Below are positions 1-12,280 of a stretch of DNA of 64,000 nt, piece by piece; the first letter of the stretch is position 1; each line of letters opens with the position of its first letter. The notes beneath the pieces are model-generated. The model ran no database searches and had not been told where the DNA came from. It saw nothing but the letters and a program-made list of their open reading frames with translations. This DNA is from Octopus sinensis (lineage: Eukaryota). The stretch spans positions 104,656,001 through 104,720,000 of the forward strand of contig NC_043004.1 in the NCBI RefSeq assembly GCF_006345805.1, in the 5' to 3' direction. The translations under genes were made by a program, and so were the position numbers.

Positions 1-354
1 TATAATTCAAATGCCCCAACTAACAGCGCGCCAAATTTTCACGGAAAACAAATACGCATTTAGAAATAAATGCAGCATAATTATAATTAATAATAAGGGT
101 GAGAGAATTAGATACTAATTTAATAGTATATCTATTCTACACCAAGTGGCCTAGTGCTCCGAGAACCTGGATATATTAATATTTTATAATATATTATAAT
201 ATTTTTACAAAATAAATATAAGAGAGTGGTCACTATATGGCTCACTCTAGCACCAGTTAATCCAAAAGGTTTCAACCACAAAGGTACATGTTTCCATGAA
301 AGTCAGTACGATTGTTAGCTCACACGGACAGGGCAAATAAAAAATAACAAAATA

Positions 355-448
355 CAGATTATTTGGGACAATTGTTTCGCTATTAATGAATTAAATGTAA
401 TATACTTACAAAAAAATCCACTTGTAGCTCCTCAGCCAAAACTATCTG
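355..448 (-). ncRNA. Type I hammerhead ribozyme motif, unit 1
   Basis: Minus strand: stem I, CUGAGGA, GCUA...UAGC, GAAA, CAAUU, GUC cleavage triplet, stem I'. One base missing in stem I'. Confidence 0.8.
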
Positions 449-883
449 GATGAAATCCACTCAATCGCACGCCAGATTTTACCATAACGATAAATACGCG
501 TGTGGTTCAATTGATTACATCCGACGTTATAATTCAAATGCCCCAACTAACAGCGCGCCAAATTTTCACGGAAAACAAATACAGCATTTAGAAATAAATG
601 CAGCATAATTATAATTAATTAATAAGGGTGAGAGAATTAGATACTAATTAATAGTATATCTATTCTACACCAAGTGGCCTAGTGCTCCGAGAAACCTGGA
701 TTATTATAATATTTTATAATATATATAATATTTTTACAAAATAAATATAAGAGAGTGGTCACTATATGGCTCACTCTAGCACCAGTTAATCCAAAAGGTT
801 TCAACCACAAAGATACATGTTCCCATGAAAGTCAGTACGATTGTTAGCTCACACGGACAGGGCAAATAAAAAATAACAAAATA

Positions 884-979
884 CAGATTATTTTGGGACA
901 ATTGTTTCGCTATTAATGAATTAAATGTAATATTACTTACAAAAAAATCCACTTGTAGCTCCTCAGCCAAAACTATCTG
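884..979 (-). ncRNA. Type I hammerhead ribozyme motif, unit 2 (reference copy)
   Basis: Minus strand reads CAGAU-A-G-UUUUGG CUGAGGA GCUA-[43 nt]-UAGC GAAA CAAUU GUC/ CCAAAA-U-A-AUCUG. All conserved core nucleotides and the G10.1-C11.1 pair are present. Stem I is 12 bp with one mismatch; stem III is the palindrome ACAAUUGU. Predicted cleavage is between plus-strand positions 897 and 896. Confidence 0.88.
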
Positions 980-1416
980 GATGAAATCCACTCAATCGCA
1001 CGCCAGATTTTACCATAACGATAAATACGCGTGTGGTTCAATTGATTACATCCGACGTTATAATTCAAATGCCCCAACTAACAGCGCGCCAAATTTTCAC
1101 GGAAAACAAATACAGCATTTAGAAATAAATGCAGCATAATTATAATTAATTAATAAGGGTGAGAGAATTAGATACTAATTTAATAGTATATCTATTCTAC
1201 ACCAAGTGGCCTAGTGCTCCGAGAAACCTGGATTATTATAATATTTTATAATATATTATAATATTTTTACAAAATAAATATAAGAGAGTGGTCACTATAT
1301 GGCTCACTCTAGCACCAGTTAATCCAAAAGGTTTCAACCACAAAGGTACATGTTTCCCATGAAGTCAGTACGACTGTTAGCTCACACGGACAGGGCAAAT
1401 AAAAAATAACAAAATA

Positions 1417-1512
1417 CAGATTATTTTGGGACAATTGTTTCGCTATTAATGAATTAAATGTAATATTACTTACAAAAAAATCCACTTGTAGCTCCTCAGC
1501 CAAAACTATCTG
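1417..1512 (-). ncRNA. Type I hammerhead ribozyme motif, unit 3
   Basis: Same motif as unit 2, intact. Confidence 0.88.
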
Positions 1513-1950
1513 GATGAAATCCACTCAATCGCACGCCAGATTTTACCATAACGATAAATACGCGTGTGGTTCAATTGATTACATCCGACGTTATAATTCA
1601 AATGCCCCAACTAACAGCGCGCCAAATTTTCACGGAAAACAAATACAGCATTTAGAAATAAATGCAGCATAATTATAATTAATTAATAAGGGTGAGAGAA
1701 TTAGATACTAATTTAATAGTATATCTATTCTACACCAAGTGGCCTAGTGCTCCGAGAAACCTGGATTATTATAATATTTTATAATATATTATAATATTTT
1801 TACAAAAAAAATATAAGAGAGTGGTCACTATATGGCTCACTCTAGCACCAGTTAATCCAAAAGGTTTCAACCACAAAGATACATGTTTCCCATGAAAGTC
1901 AGTACGATTGTTAGCTCACACGGACAGGGCAAATAAAAAATAACAAAATA

Positions 1951-2046
1951 CAGATTATTTAGGGACAATTGTTTCGCTATTAATGAATTAAATGTAATAT
2001 TACTTACAAAAAAATCCACTTGTAGCTCCTCAGCCAAAACTATCTG
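1951..2046 (-). ncRNA. Type I hammerhead ribozyme motif, unit 4
   Basis: Core intact; one substitution in stem I' (CCUAAA instead of CCAAAA). Confidence 0.8.
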
Positions 2047-2483
2047 GATGAAATCCACTCAATCGCACGCCAGATTTTACCATAACGATAAATACGCGTG
2101 TGGTTCAATTGATTACATCCGACGTTATAATTCAAATGCCCCAACTAACAGCGCGCCAAATTTTCACGGAAACAAATACAGCATTTAGAAATAAATGCAG
2201 CATAATTATAATTAATTAATAAGGGTGAGAGAATTAGATACTAATTTAATAGTATATCTATTCTACACCAAGTGGCCTAGTGCTCCGAGAAACCTGGATT
2301 ATTATAATATTTTATAATATATTATAATATTTTTACAAAATAAATATAAGAGAGTGGTCACTATATGGCTCACTCTAGCACCAGTTAATCCAAAAGGTTT
2401 CAACCACAAAGATACATGTTTCCCATGAAAGTCAGTACGATTGTTAGCTCACACGGACAGGGCAAATAAAAAATAACAAAATA

Positions 2484-2579
2484 CAGATTATTTTGGGACA
2501 ATTGTTTCGCTATTAATGAATTAAATGTAATATTACTTACAAAAAAATCCACTTGTAGCTCCTCAGCCAAAACTATCTG
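2484..2579 (-). ncRNA. Type I hammerhead ribozyme motif, unit 5
   Basis: Same motif as unit 2, intact. Confidence 0.88.
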
Positions 2580-3016
2580 GATGAAATCCACTCAATCGCA
2601 CGCCAGATTTTACCATAACGATAATACGCGTGTGGTTCAATTGATTACATCCGACGTTATAATTCAAATGCCCCAACTAACAGCGCGCCAAATTTTCACG
2701 GAAAACAAATACAGCATTTAGAAATAAATGCAGCATAATTATAATTAATTAATAAGGGTGAGAGAATTAGATACTAATTTAATAGTATATCTATTCTACA
2801 CCAAGTGGCCTAGTGCTCCGAGAAACCTGGATTATTATAATATTTATTAATATATTATAATATTTTTACAAAATAAATATAAGAGAGTGGTCACTATAGG
2901 GCTCACTCTAGCACCAGTTAATCCAAAAGGTTTCAACCACAAAGATACATGTTTCCCATGAAAGTCAGTACGATTGTTAGCTCACACGGACAGGGCAAAT
3001 AAAAAATAACAAAATA

Positions 3017-3111
3017 CAGATTATTTTGGGACAATTGTTTCGCTATTAATGATTAAATGTAATTTAACTTACAAAAAAATCCACTTGTAGCTCCTCAGCC
3101 AAAACTATCTG
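3017..3111 (-). ncRNA. Type I hammerhead ribozyme motif, unit 6
   Basis: Core and stems intact; small changes only in the stem II loop. Confidence 0.85.
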
Positions 3112-3548
3112 GATGAAATCCACTCAATCGCACGCCAGATTTTACCATAACGATAAATACGCGTGTGGTTCAATTGATTACATCTGACGTTATAATTCAA
3201 ATGCCCCAACTAACAGCGCGCCAAATTTTCACGGAAAACAAAATAAGCATTTAGAAATAAATGCAGCATAATTATAATTAATTAATAAGGGTGAGAGAAT
3301 TAGATACTAATTTAATAGTAATCTATTCTACACCAAGTGGCCTAGTGCTCCGAGAAACCTGGATTATTATAATATTTTATAATATATTATAATATTTTTA
3401 CAAAATAAATATAAGAGAGTGGTCACTATATGGCTCACTCTAGCACCAGTTAATCCAAAAGGTTTCAACCACAAAGGTACATGTTTCCCATGAAAGTCAG
3501 TACGATTGTTAGCTCACACGGACAGGGCAAATAAAAAATAACAAAATA

Positions 3549-3644
3549 CAGATTATTTTGGGACAATTGTTTCGCTATTAATGAATTAAATGTAATATTA
3601 CTTACAAAAAAATCCACTTGTAGCTCCTCAGCCAAAACTATCTG
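3549..3644 (-). ncRNA. Type I hammerhead ribozyme motif, unit 7
   Basis: Same motif as unit 2, intact. Confidence 0.88.
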
Positions 3645-4082
3645 GATGAAATCCACTCAATCGCACGCCAGATTTTACCATAACGATAAATACGCGTGTG
3701 GTTCAATTGATTACATCCGACGTTATAATTCAAATGCCCCAACTAACAGCGCGCCAAATTTTCACGGAAAACAAATACAGCATTTAGAAATAAATGCAGC
3801 ATAATTATAATTAATTAATAAGGGTGAGAGAATTAGATACTAATTTAATAGTATATCTATTCTACACCAAGTGGCCTAGTGCTCCGAGAAACCTGGATTA
3901 TTATAATATTTTATAATATATTATAATATTTTTACAAAATAAATATAAGAGAGTGGTCACTATATGGCTCACTCTAGCACCAGTTAATCCAAAAGGTTTC
4001 AACCACAAAGATACATGTTTCCCATGAAAGTCAGTACGATTGTTAGCTCACACGGACAGGGCAAATAAAAAATAACAAAATA

Positions 4083-4176
4083 CAGATTATTTTGGGACAA
4101 TTGTTTCGTATTAATGAATTAAATGTAATATACTTACAAAAAAATCCACTTGTAGCTCCTCAGCCAAAACTATCTG
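4083..4176 (-). ncRNA. Type I hammerhead ribozyme motif, unit 8
   Basis: Core present; a 1-bp deletion in the 3' strand of stem II (plus strand TTTCGTA vs TTTCGCTA) may be a sequencing error. Confidence 0.7.
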
Positions 4177-4438
4177 GATGAAATCCACTCAATCGCACGC
4201 CAGATTTTACCATAACGATAAATACGCGTGTGGTTCAATGATTACATCCGACGTTATAATTCAAATGCCCCAACTAACAGCGCGCCAAATTTTCACGGAA
4301 AACAAATACAGCATTTAGAAATAAATGCAGCATAATTATAATTAATTAAAGGGGTGAGAGAATTAGATACTAATTTAATAGTATATCTATTCTATACATA
4401 TACACATACGAACAAACATGCATACATGTTAATATAAG

Positions 4439-4473
<35 letters not shown>

Positions 4474-4925
4474 TATAATATATATATGTGTGTGTGTGTG
4501 TGTGGGTGTGGTGTGTGTGTATGCACACACACACACACGCACACACAGCTGAGGCTATTCATCGACAAGGCACGTGTCTGTTTCAAAAGGTTTCTATGTC
4601 GTGTGACAAGCGAAATAGCTGGAGGGAATGTCATGGTTAGAGAAAAACATTCGGCCTGAATGGCTCGGATTCTAATTAGTTGAGTTTAATAAAATCCGGG
4701 TGGTCGCTGGAAAAGTGTGAGTGTTAGTGTGTGTGTGAGTGTGTGTGTGAGTGTGTGTGTGTTGTGTGTGTGTGTGTCTGAATTGCATTTTTCGTTATTG
4801 TAAACAGCATTGGAAAATCGTTTCTACTTTGCTCATCGTACGAACGTCGTGCTGCATTATGGGTAAATTTCGGCGAATTTTCTTTCTTTCCTTTTTACTT
4901 CGAATTGGGTGCAGACGATATTTAT

Positions 4926-5049
<124 letters not shown>

Positions 5050-5339
5050 TAGCTTAATAAATGAGCTTTGTCAGTATTCTTAAGTAGCCCCAGTTTCGTG
5101 TGAAGCAGACTCCCAAATCAAAACCATCCCGTCCATGGCATTCCAATCATATTTTCAGAAATACCATTCATTATGACTATCTGAACGTGTATGTTTTTAT
5201 TATTTTCAAAATCGTAGGAAGTTTTCTGAGGGAGATTTAGGATCGGTTTCTAGAAAATTCGAACGTTAATAAAGAAGTTATTTTGATATTGTTCGTTACA
5301 GGCAAAGGATATTGGGTGTGGTCAAGAAGATCACCTTGC

Positions 5340-5881
5340 AACCAGTTGCTCCCGTTGCTATTCTACCAACTATTCCTATTCCATCTTTCTTCTTTTTTTT
5401 TTTTGTTATTGCGTTGTTGCTATCGACACCATTGCTGCTTTTGTTGTTGCTATTTTCCCGCTGCTGTTGCTATTGTTACAGTTGCTGCTTCTGTTGTTAT
5501 TGTTAAGGCTGCTGTTGCTATTGGTGTTTCTGTTGCTGCTTTGGATGATGCTGTTGCTATTGTTGTCGGTGTCCGTTTGCTGCTATTGTTGTTACTGCAG
5601 GCGTTGCTGTTGTTATTGCTGCTGTTGGCATTGTCACACTTGTTGCTATTGTTCGTCCTGTTGTTATTGTTGCTGTTATTGCTACACTCGTTCGTATTGT
5701 CATTGTTGTGATTGCGCTGTTGCAATTGACGTTGCTAACGGTGCTGCGGCAGCTACCATTGTTGTTGTTGTAACTGCTGCTACTGCTGCTGATGATGATG
5801 ATGGTGATGCCGTTGTTACTGTTCTATTATTGCTATTGTCATTCCTATTGTCAATGTTGTTGCAGGTGCTGTTGCTTCGAA

Positions 5882-5912
<31 letters not shown>

Positions 5913-6330
5913 CTTCTTCTTCTTCTTCTTCTTCTTCTTCTTCTTCTCCTCCTCCTCCTCCTGCTACAGGTGGCATTGTCGTCGCTATTGCAGCTGTCGC
6001 CAGTCCTTTTGCTATTATCATTACCGCTGCCCTTGTTTTTGCTGCTATTACAAATGTTGTTGCTATTGTTGTCGTTAGTGTTGCTACTGCTGCTGCTCCT
6101 GCTACTGCTACTGCTGCTGAGGCTGCCTTTGTTGCTGTTTTAAGCCCCAAGTCAGCCTCAGCGAAAAGCTTTTGATGAAAGGCAATTTCTTCCGTGACCC
6201 TCCCTCCCCCGCACCTCCTTCTCTCACTCTCTTTCTCTCAAGCATGGTAGCGGTGGGGTAAGGTGGTGGTGATGGTGGTGGTGTTATTGGCAGGGTTGGC
6301 GGCGGCTATGGTGATGATGGTGGTGGTGCA
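5340..6330. repeat. Degenerate trinucleotide tract (GCT/GTT/ATT/GAT, with pure GTT, CTT and CCT runs)
   Basis: Direct reading; explains the low-complexity ORFs in all frames here. Confidence 0.9.
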
Positions 6331-6806
6331 AGTGGCGGTGTTGGGTGTCTGTTCCCACACAGAGCTGGTTCTGTGCTGAGACTAGGTAATGGTATGAGTG
6401 GGGCGGTGGTCCGATGGGAATGCAGCTGACAAAGGGCCTTTAATCGCAAGGGAGAGTCGTAGGGGTCAGACGGAGTGCTTATGTATGCGTTGTGAGGAGT
6501 TGGAGGTGGGGATAGGGGGACAGAAGTGATCCGGGGTCAAGAGGAAACTAAGAGAGTCGCAGAAGGTAGTTTCCACGCACACATGCATAGAATGTTTAAA
6601 TGTGTGCGTGTGTGTGCGTGTGTGGGCACGCGCATGCGTGTGTGAGATTGAATATGTGTGTGTGTATGTGTGCGTATGCGTGTGTGTGCGCGCTCGCGAA
6701 AATGTGTGCGTATGTGTGTGCGTGTAATACTTTTCGGGTATATTGTTGAATGTGAGTGTGTGTGTGTGTGTGGCATGTGAGGTAATGTGTATTTCTGGAG
6801 ATGTGC

Positions 6807-6869
<63 letters not shown>

Positions 6870-7933
6870 CAATATGAATAGATGTGTGTACATGTTTGTT
6901 GAATAAGTTATTATGCATGAGTGTGCGTATGTGTGAGTGCGTGTGTGTGAGTGTGCGCGCGCACGAAGAGTGACGGGTATTCGGCTGGTTGTCGAGAGTG
7001 GGGTGGCAGGTGTAAAATATACGTCGGGCACACGACGACAAAGGAAGCGTGTCTTGACACACGAATCAACATTACCATCCCCTACCCCCTTTCTACACCC
7101 ACCTCGACCGTCTTCACCACCACCACCACCACCACCATACTAATCAGCTGTTAAACGGAATGGAAGGATCGGATGTAGGGGTGGGTGGGGCAGAGTTTGA
7201 CACAGGATTTCAGTGAGGTGGAAGGAAGGCGGGTTGCAGGATTTGTTGGGGTTTGTGGTGGTTTGTAGGGGTTAGCAGAGTGGGATAAAATGTCATTTTA
7301 AATCATTGCTTTCCGTCAACATCCTCCCCCACCCCGTTACCATCAGCACCATTTGGCTGCCTTCCCCACGCCACCATCATCACCTTCGCCACCTTTAATC
7401 ATAACATTGTAGCAGCCGCCCCCTGTAGTAGCCCCTACGTAGTCGTTCGATGTGCCAGAAATAGCAGCTAGATCTTCAAATCCTAAGCCGCCGTCTTAGC
7501 AATGTACAAAATTGCATAATGAGGTCTAGAGTCTTCTATGTAATGGAAAAAGAGGTGATGGTCGCCGTTGGAATGCCCATTATCTTAGATCCATTCAGTC
7601 AGGGCTGACCCAGAGCCAAACAGTATCATCAACCGCAAGCACAGCTGCATCAATAACACCGCTATCATCAACACTTCAGCAGCATCTCATTAACATGACC
7701 AGCAGACCACCACCATCCATTTGTTCCACCACCACAATCATCATCATCATCATCAGCAGCAGCAGCAGCATTACTAATTACGCTACTCGCAAACTCGAGT
7801 ACGAGACATTTTGACACTGCTGTCTGGCGATCGTTTCGACACTGCCCTTTTGGCGTCGCTGAGTTGACGCTGACTTATTTGACATCATACATTGATGATT
7901 CTTTCATTTTAATGTTTATCACATTTTATCCCA

Positions 7934-7934
<1 letters not shown>

Positions 7935-7989
<55 letters not shown>

Positions 7990-8012
7990 CTCGATCTATC
8001 TATCTCTCTATC

Positions 8013-8059
<47 letters not shown>

Positions 8060-8210
8060 CTGTCTATCTGTCTGTCTGTCTGTCTCTGTGTTTATGTCTG
8101 TCTTTCTGTCTACCTGTTTGTGTCTCAGCTTCTCTCACTCCCTCTCTGTCTGTCTGTCTCTATCGATCTATCTCTCGCTATTTCTGTGTGTATTTGTGTT
8201 TATGTTTGTA
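7935..8210. repeat. Compound (CT)n/(TATC)n/(CTGT)n microsatellite
   Basis: Direct reading. Confidence 0.9.
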
Positions 8211-8524
8211 AGTATATTTCTGCTTATGTGTAAAAGAAGAAAGAAAGTATTTATATCACTTGTGTTCAATTGATATGTTTATTTGCCTCATTCCACCTCC
8301 TTTCCTCTCTCTCTCCCTCCCTCCCTCTCCTCCCTCTCCCTCCCTCTTTCTCTCTTTCTCTTTCCCTCTGTTTCTTTCACTATCTGTATGAGTATTTTTG
8401 GGCACGCGTGTGAGTGCGCATTTGCCTCCAGTGCCAAAAAGTACTGTAGTCAAAGCAATGACTGTCCAGTCAGTCATGATTGGATAAAGTAGACCAGAGA
8501 ACATGATTCCTCACACACACACAT

Positions 8525-8567
<43 letters not shown>

Positions 8568-9008
8568 GCAAGGAGAATGACATGATCATGGCGTCAAGAC
8601 TTCCGTGCAGAAGCCTACACAATGACAATTTTTGAAGCTGGCTGTCAAAGCAGATTAGGGATTCGGTTAGCAGATACAAGCCCATGCTCTAGTGATAAAC
8701 AGTTACTATTTTCCCACATGATTGCCTGATGTGATATTTTCCAAGAAGACCTTTCTCAGTTTTATCTTTGTCAAGCAGATTAATGTGTTCCAGCTCTGGA
8801 TATCCTAATTTGTTGCAAATTAATTTATCGAGCTTTTTTTGTGACATTATATGATCAGATAGGATCGGTCGCTCGGAATGTATTGGGTTCAACATTTACA
8901 TCTAAATTTATATACCTGCATATACATATCTGCATGCATACACACACACACACATACACACACACTCACACACACACATAAACACATACACACGCACACA
9001 TGTGCGAA

Positions 9009-9138
9009 GGAGTAGCTGTGTGGTAAGAAGCTTGCGTCCCAAACATATGGCACCTTGGGCAAGTGTTTCCTACTATAGCATCGGGCCGACCAAAATCTTG
9101 TGAGTGGATTTGGTAGACGGAAACAGAAAGAAGCCCGT

Positions 9139-9176
<38 letters not shown>

Positions 9177-9383
9177 ATTACGTGTCAGTGTTTGTTTCCT
9201 CCACCATCGCTTGAAAACCGATGTTGTTGTATTTACGTCTCTGTAACTTAGCGGTTCGGCAAAAGAAACCGCTAAAAAAAGTACTCGGCTTTCAAAGAAT
9301 AAGTCCTGGGGTCGATTTGTTCGACTAAAGGCGGTGCTCCAGCATGGACGCAGTCAAGTGACTGAAATAAGCAAAAGAATAAA
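9009..9383 (+). mobile_element. tRNA-derived SINE, family A (head, internal TA/GT microsatellite, tail)
   Basis: Head GGAGTAGCTGTGTGGTAAGAAGCTTG, CORE-like CCTTGGGCAAGTG and tail GGCGGTGCTCCAGCATGG...GACTGAAA match other copies in the window. Confidence 0.8.
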
Positions 9384-9545
9384 TGACTATATATATATAT
9401 TACCTCCTTCTCTTGCACTCTTCTGTCTTTGAAAGAACTTTTTCTTTACCCTTTCCCTTCCGGTCATTTCAATATGTGACCGCGTGTGCATCGTTGGCGA
9501 TTTTCTTTCTCCGTCTTCCCTTCCTTGGACCTTTCCTTTTTTCTA

Positions 9546-9580
9546 TGTTTCTGACGAAGAGCTCCGCTCCAAACGTTAAA
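9546..9580 (+). ncRNA. Degenerate minimal hammerhead-like motif in a short Penelope-like remnant (~9400-9650)
   Basis: TTT CTGACGA A GAGC-TCC-GCTC [C]AAAC GTT AAA. G12 is replaced by C, so this copy is probably inactive. Confidence 0.4.
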
Positions 9581-9699
9581 TCCTACTTCTTTCTTTCCTT
9601 TCCTGAGCGTCCAATAACACTATACTTGACCACTATACTTGGATTGACTGAGAAGAACTGGTGGACGAAACTGAAGATGCACGTTGTAAGTGTGCGTTT

Positions 9700-9757
<58 letters not shown>

Positions 9758-9959
9758 TGTTGTGTGTTCCCTTTTCACTTGACGACCGCCGTTGCTTTAT
9801 TTACCACCGCACATGTAGCCGATCGCCAAAAGAGAACGACAGAATAAGTACTGGGGCCGATTTGTTCTACAAAACTCTTCAACTTGGTGCCACAGTATGG
9901 TCACTGTCCAATGATTGAAACGATCGAAAGACAAAAAGTAAATACATATGCGCGCCGCG

Positions 9960-10035
<76 letters not shown>

Positions 10036-10061
10036 ATATATTTTATATAGAGATAATACAA

Positions 10062-10292
10062 GGCGGCGAGCTGGCAGAAACGGTAGCACGCCGGGCGAAA
10101 TGCGCAGCCGTATTTCGTCTGCCGTTACGTTCTGGGTTCAAATTCCGCCGAGGTTGACTTTGCCTTTCATCCTTTCGGGGTCGATAAATTAAGTACCAGT
10201 TACGCACTGGGGCCGATGGAATCGACTTAATCGCTTTGCCTGTCCTTGTTTGTCCCCTCTGTGTTTAGCCCCTTGTGGGTAGTAAAGAAATA
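10062..10292 (+). mobile_element. tRNA-derived SINE, family B (Nin-like central domain), monomer
   Basis: GGCGGCGAGCTGGCAGAAAC head, B-box-like GGGTTCAAATTCC, GCCTTTCATCCTTTCGGGGTCGATAAATTAAGTACCAG domain and tail AGCCCCTTGTGGGTAGTAAAGAAATA. Confidence 0.85.
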
Positions 10293-10309
10293 TATATATA
10301 TAGTTGAAA

Positions 10310-10480
10310 TTTACAGAAAAACAAGACGAAGACAGGTGTGTGAACAAGAAGCAGGTGTATTAGTTTAATGCTCGGGAGACTGAGAAAGTCTTTATGTTTT
10401 GAGCTTACGCTCTTCAACAGAAAGGAACACGAGAGAATATAATGAGAGAGAATAAAAAAACTTGTGGATTTAGCGATCAA
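10310..10480 (-). mobile_element. Short TA-flanked repeat (same family as 14892 and 17630) with a dead hammerhead-like motif at 10390-10424
   Basis: Minus strand CTTT CTGTTGA A GAGC-GTAA-GCTC AAAAC ATA AAG; homologous to the two plus-strand copies. Confidence 0.55.
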
Positions 10481-10822
10481 GCACACACACACACACGCAT
10501 AGCTGTACATATGCATGTATGTATATATATATGTGTGTGTGTGTGTGTGTGCCCAACACGCGCTTGATAACTGGTGTTGGAGTGGTTACGTCTCCATAAC
10601 TTAGCGGTTCGGCACTAGATACTGATAAAATTAGTGCCTGGCTTAAGAAGAAAAACTAAGTACTACTTCGATTCGTTTGACTAAAATTCTTCAAGGCGGT
10701 GCCCCAGCATGGCCGCAGTGTAATGACAGATTAAAGATAAGATATATAATGACATACATACATGCATGCAAATACATATTTATACATACAAACACAAACA
10801 CACAGACTAACATACACACACA

Positions 10823-11148
10823 TATGCATGTGTGTGTGCGTGCATGTGTGTGTATGTGTGTGCGTGTGTGTATAGGTCTGTGTGTGTATGTGTCTGCGTG
10901 TGTGTGTGTGTGTGCGTGTGTGTGCGTGTGTGTATGTGTGTGTGTGCGTGTGCATAGGCGTGCGTGTGTGTGCGCGTGTGCATAGGTGTGTGTGCGTGTG
11001 TGTGTGTGTATATGTCTGCGTGTGTGCGTGTGTGTGTATGTGTCTGCGTGTGTGCGTGTATGTGTGTGTGCATGCGTGTGTGTGTGCGTGTGCGTGCGTG
11101 TGTGTAGGCGAGTGCATGTGTGTGCGTGTGTGTGTATGCGTGTGTGTG
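10823..11148. repeat. Mixed (TG)/(CG)/(TA) alternating purine-pyrimidine tract
   Basis: Direct reading. Confidence 0.9.
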
Positions 11149-11613
11149 CAGCTAAGACCGTAAGTAGTCTGTTGAAGAATTAAGTAAATCCGACGCCATG
11201 TCAGTCAGTAATTAGCTTTTGTAATAAGGAGGAGGAGGAGAACACCTGTCGAGCAGGTGTTCTGTCTGAAGCTAGCACTTCAGGTAGATAAAGATCCACC
11301 AGCATTCACCTGTCCCGTCTACTCCTTGACCTTGCTCATCAAAGCTGCTGCCGAATGTCATTGAAACGCGAACGCCGAAGCCGATGTAAAGTGCAGCCGT
11401 CGAAGAGGAGAGAAAACAGACGCAGCCGTAAGGTAGAGGTGGTGGCATTGGCGGTGGTGGTGGTGGTGGTGGTGGTGGTTGTCATCGTCGTCGCCATAGT
11501 GGAGGTGGTGGTTTTGGTAGTAGTGGTGATGGTGGTGGCGACGACAGTGTTGATGCTAGGTGTGTCGGTTGTCATTGTCGTCGCAGTGGTGGTGGTTTTT
11601 GTGCTTCTGCTCC

Positions 11614-11644
<31 letters not shown>

Positions 11645-11702
11645 GGTGGTGGTGGTGGTGGTGGGTTACTTGTGGCGACAGTATCGCGCGGGAGGCCAAC
11701 AC

Positions 11703-12280
11703 GGCGATCTGGTAGAATCGTTAGCACACCGGGCGAAATGCCCAGCGGTATTTCGTCTGTCTTTATGTTCTGAGTTCAAATTCCGCCAAGGTCAACTTTG
11801 CCTTTCATCCTTTCGGGGTCGATAAATTAAGAACCAGTTACGCACTGGGGTCGATGTAATCGACTTAATCCGTTTGTCTGTCCTTGTTTGTCTTCTCTAT
11901 ATTTAGCCCCTTGTTGGTAGTAAAGAAATAGGTATTTCATCTGCCGCTACGTTCTGAGTTCAAATTCCGCCGAGGTCGACTTTGCCTTTCATCCTTTCGG
12001 GGTCGATTAAATAAGTACCAGTTACGCACTGGGGTCGATATAATCGACCTAATCGGTTTGTCTGTCCTTGTTTGTACATTCTGTGTTTAGCCCCTTGTGG
12101 GTAGTAAAGAAATATGTATTTCGTCTGTCTTTGTGTTCTGAGTTCAAATCCCGCCGAGGTCGACTTTGCTTTTTTTCTTTCGGGGTCTATAAATTAAGTA
12201 CCAGTTGCGTACTGGGGTCGATCTAATAGACAGCCCCCCTCCCACAAAATTTTGGGTCTTGCACCTAGAGTAGAAAAGTA
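11703..12280 (+). mobile_element. Family B SINE, tandem trimer with alternative terminal tail
   Basis: One head followed by about three ~175-bp body units; the last unit ends GCACCTAGAGTAGAAAAG. Confidence 0.85.

Larger units (their letters stand above)
1..4394 (-). repeat. Tandem array of ~533-bp units (about 8.25 copies, open at window start), each carrying a hammerhead ribozyme motif; retrozyme or Penelope pLTR-like satellite
   Basis: Unit start TATAATTCAAATGCCCC recurs at 1, 528, 1059, 1592, 2126, 2658, 3191, 3724 and 4255. Units are near-identical apart from 1-bp indels and a G/A variant (CACAAAG[G/A]TACATG). The array ends at ~4394 against TA/CA microsatellite. Confidence 0.97.

Noticed and set aside
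776-991. Repeated 63-71 aa minus-strand ORF (MDFIQIVLAEELQ...) in the satellite
   Set aside because: It overlaps the hammerhead, its length varies with 1-bp indels between units, and it has no recognisable domain; the RNA structure explains the sequence better.
1-4394. CRISPR-like interpretation of the array
   Set aside because: Units are whole ~533-bp repeats with no unique spacers, and there are no cas genes.
8689-8895. 68-aa minus-strand ORF with ICNKLGYP...QSCGK, faintly SRCR- or GIY-YIG-like
   Set aside because: Lacks the diagnostic Trp/Cys pattern or GIY-YIG spacing, and has no convincing splice sites.
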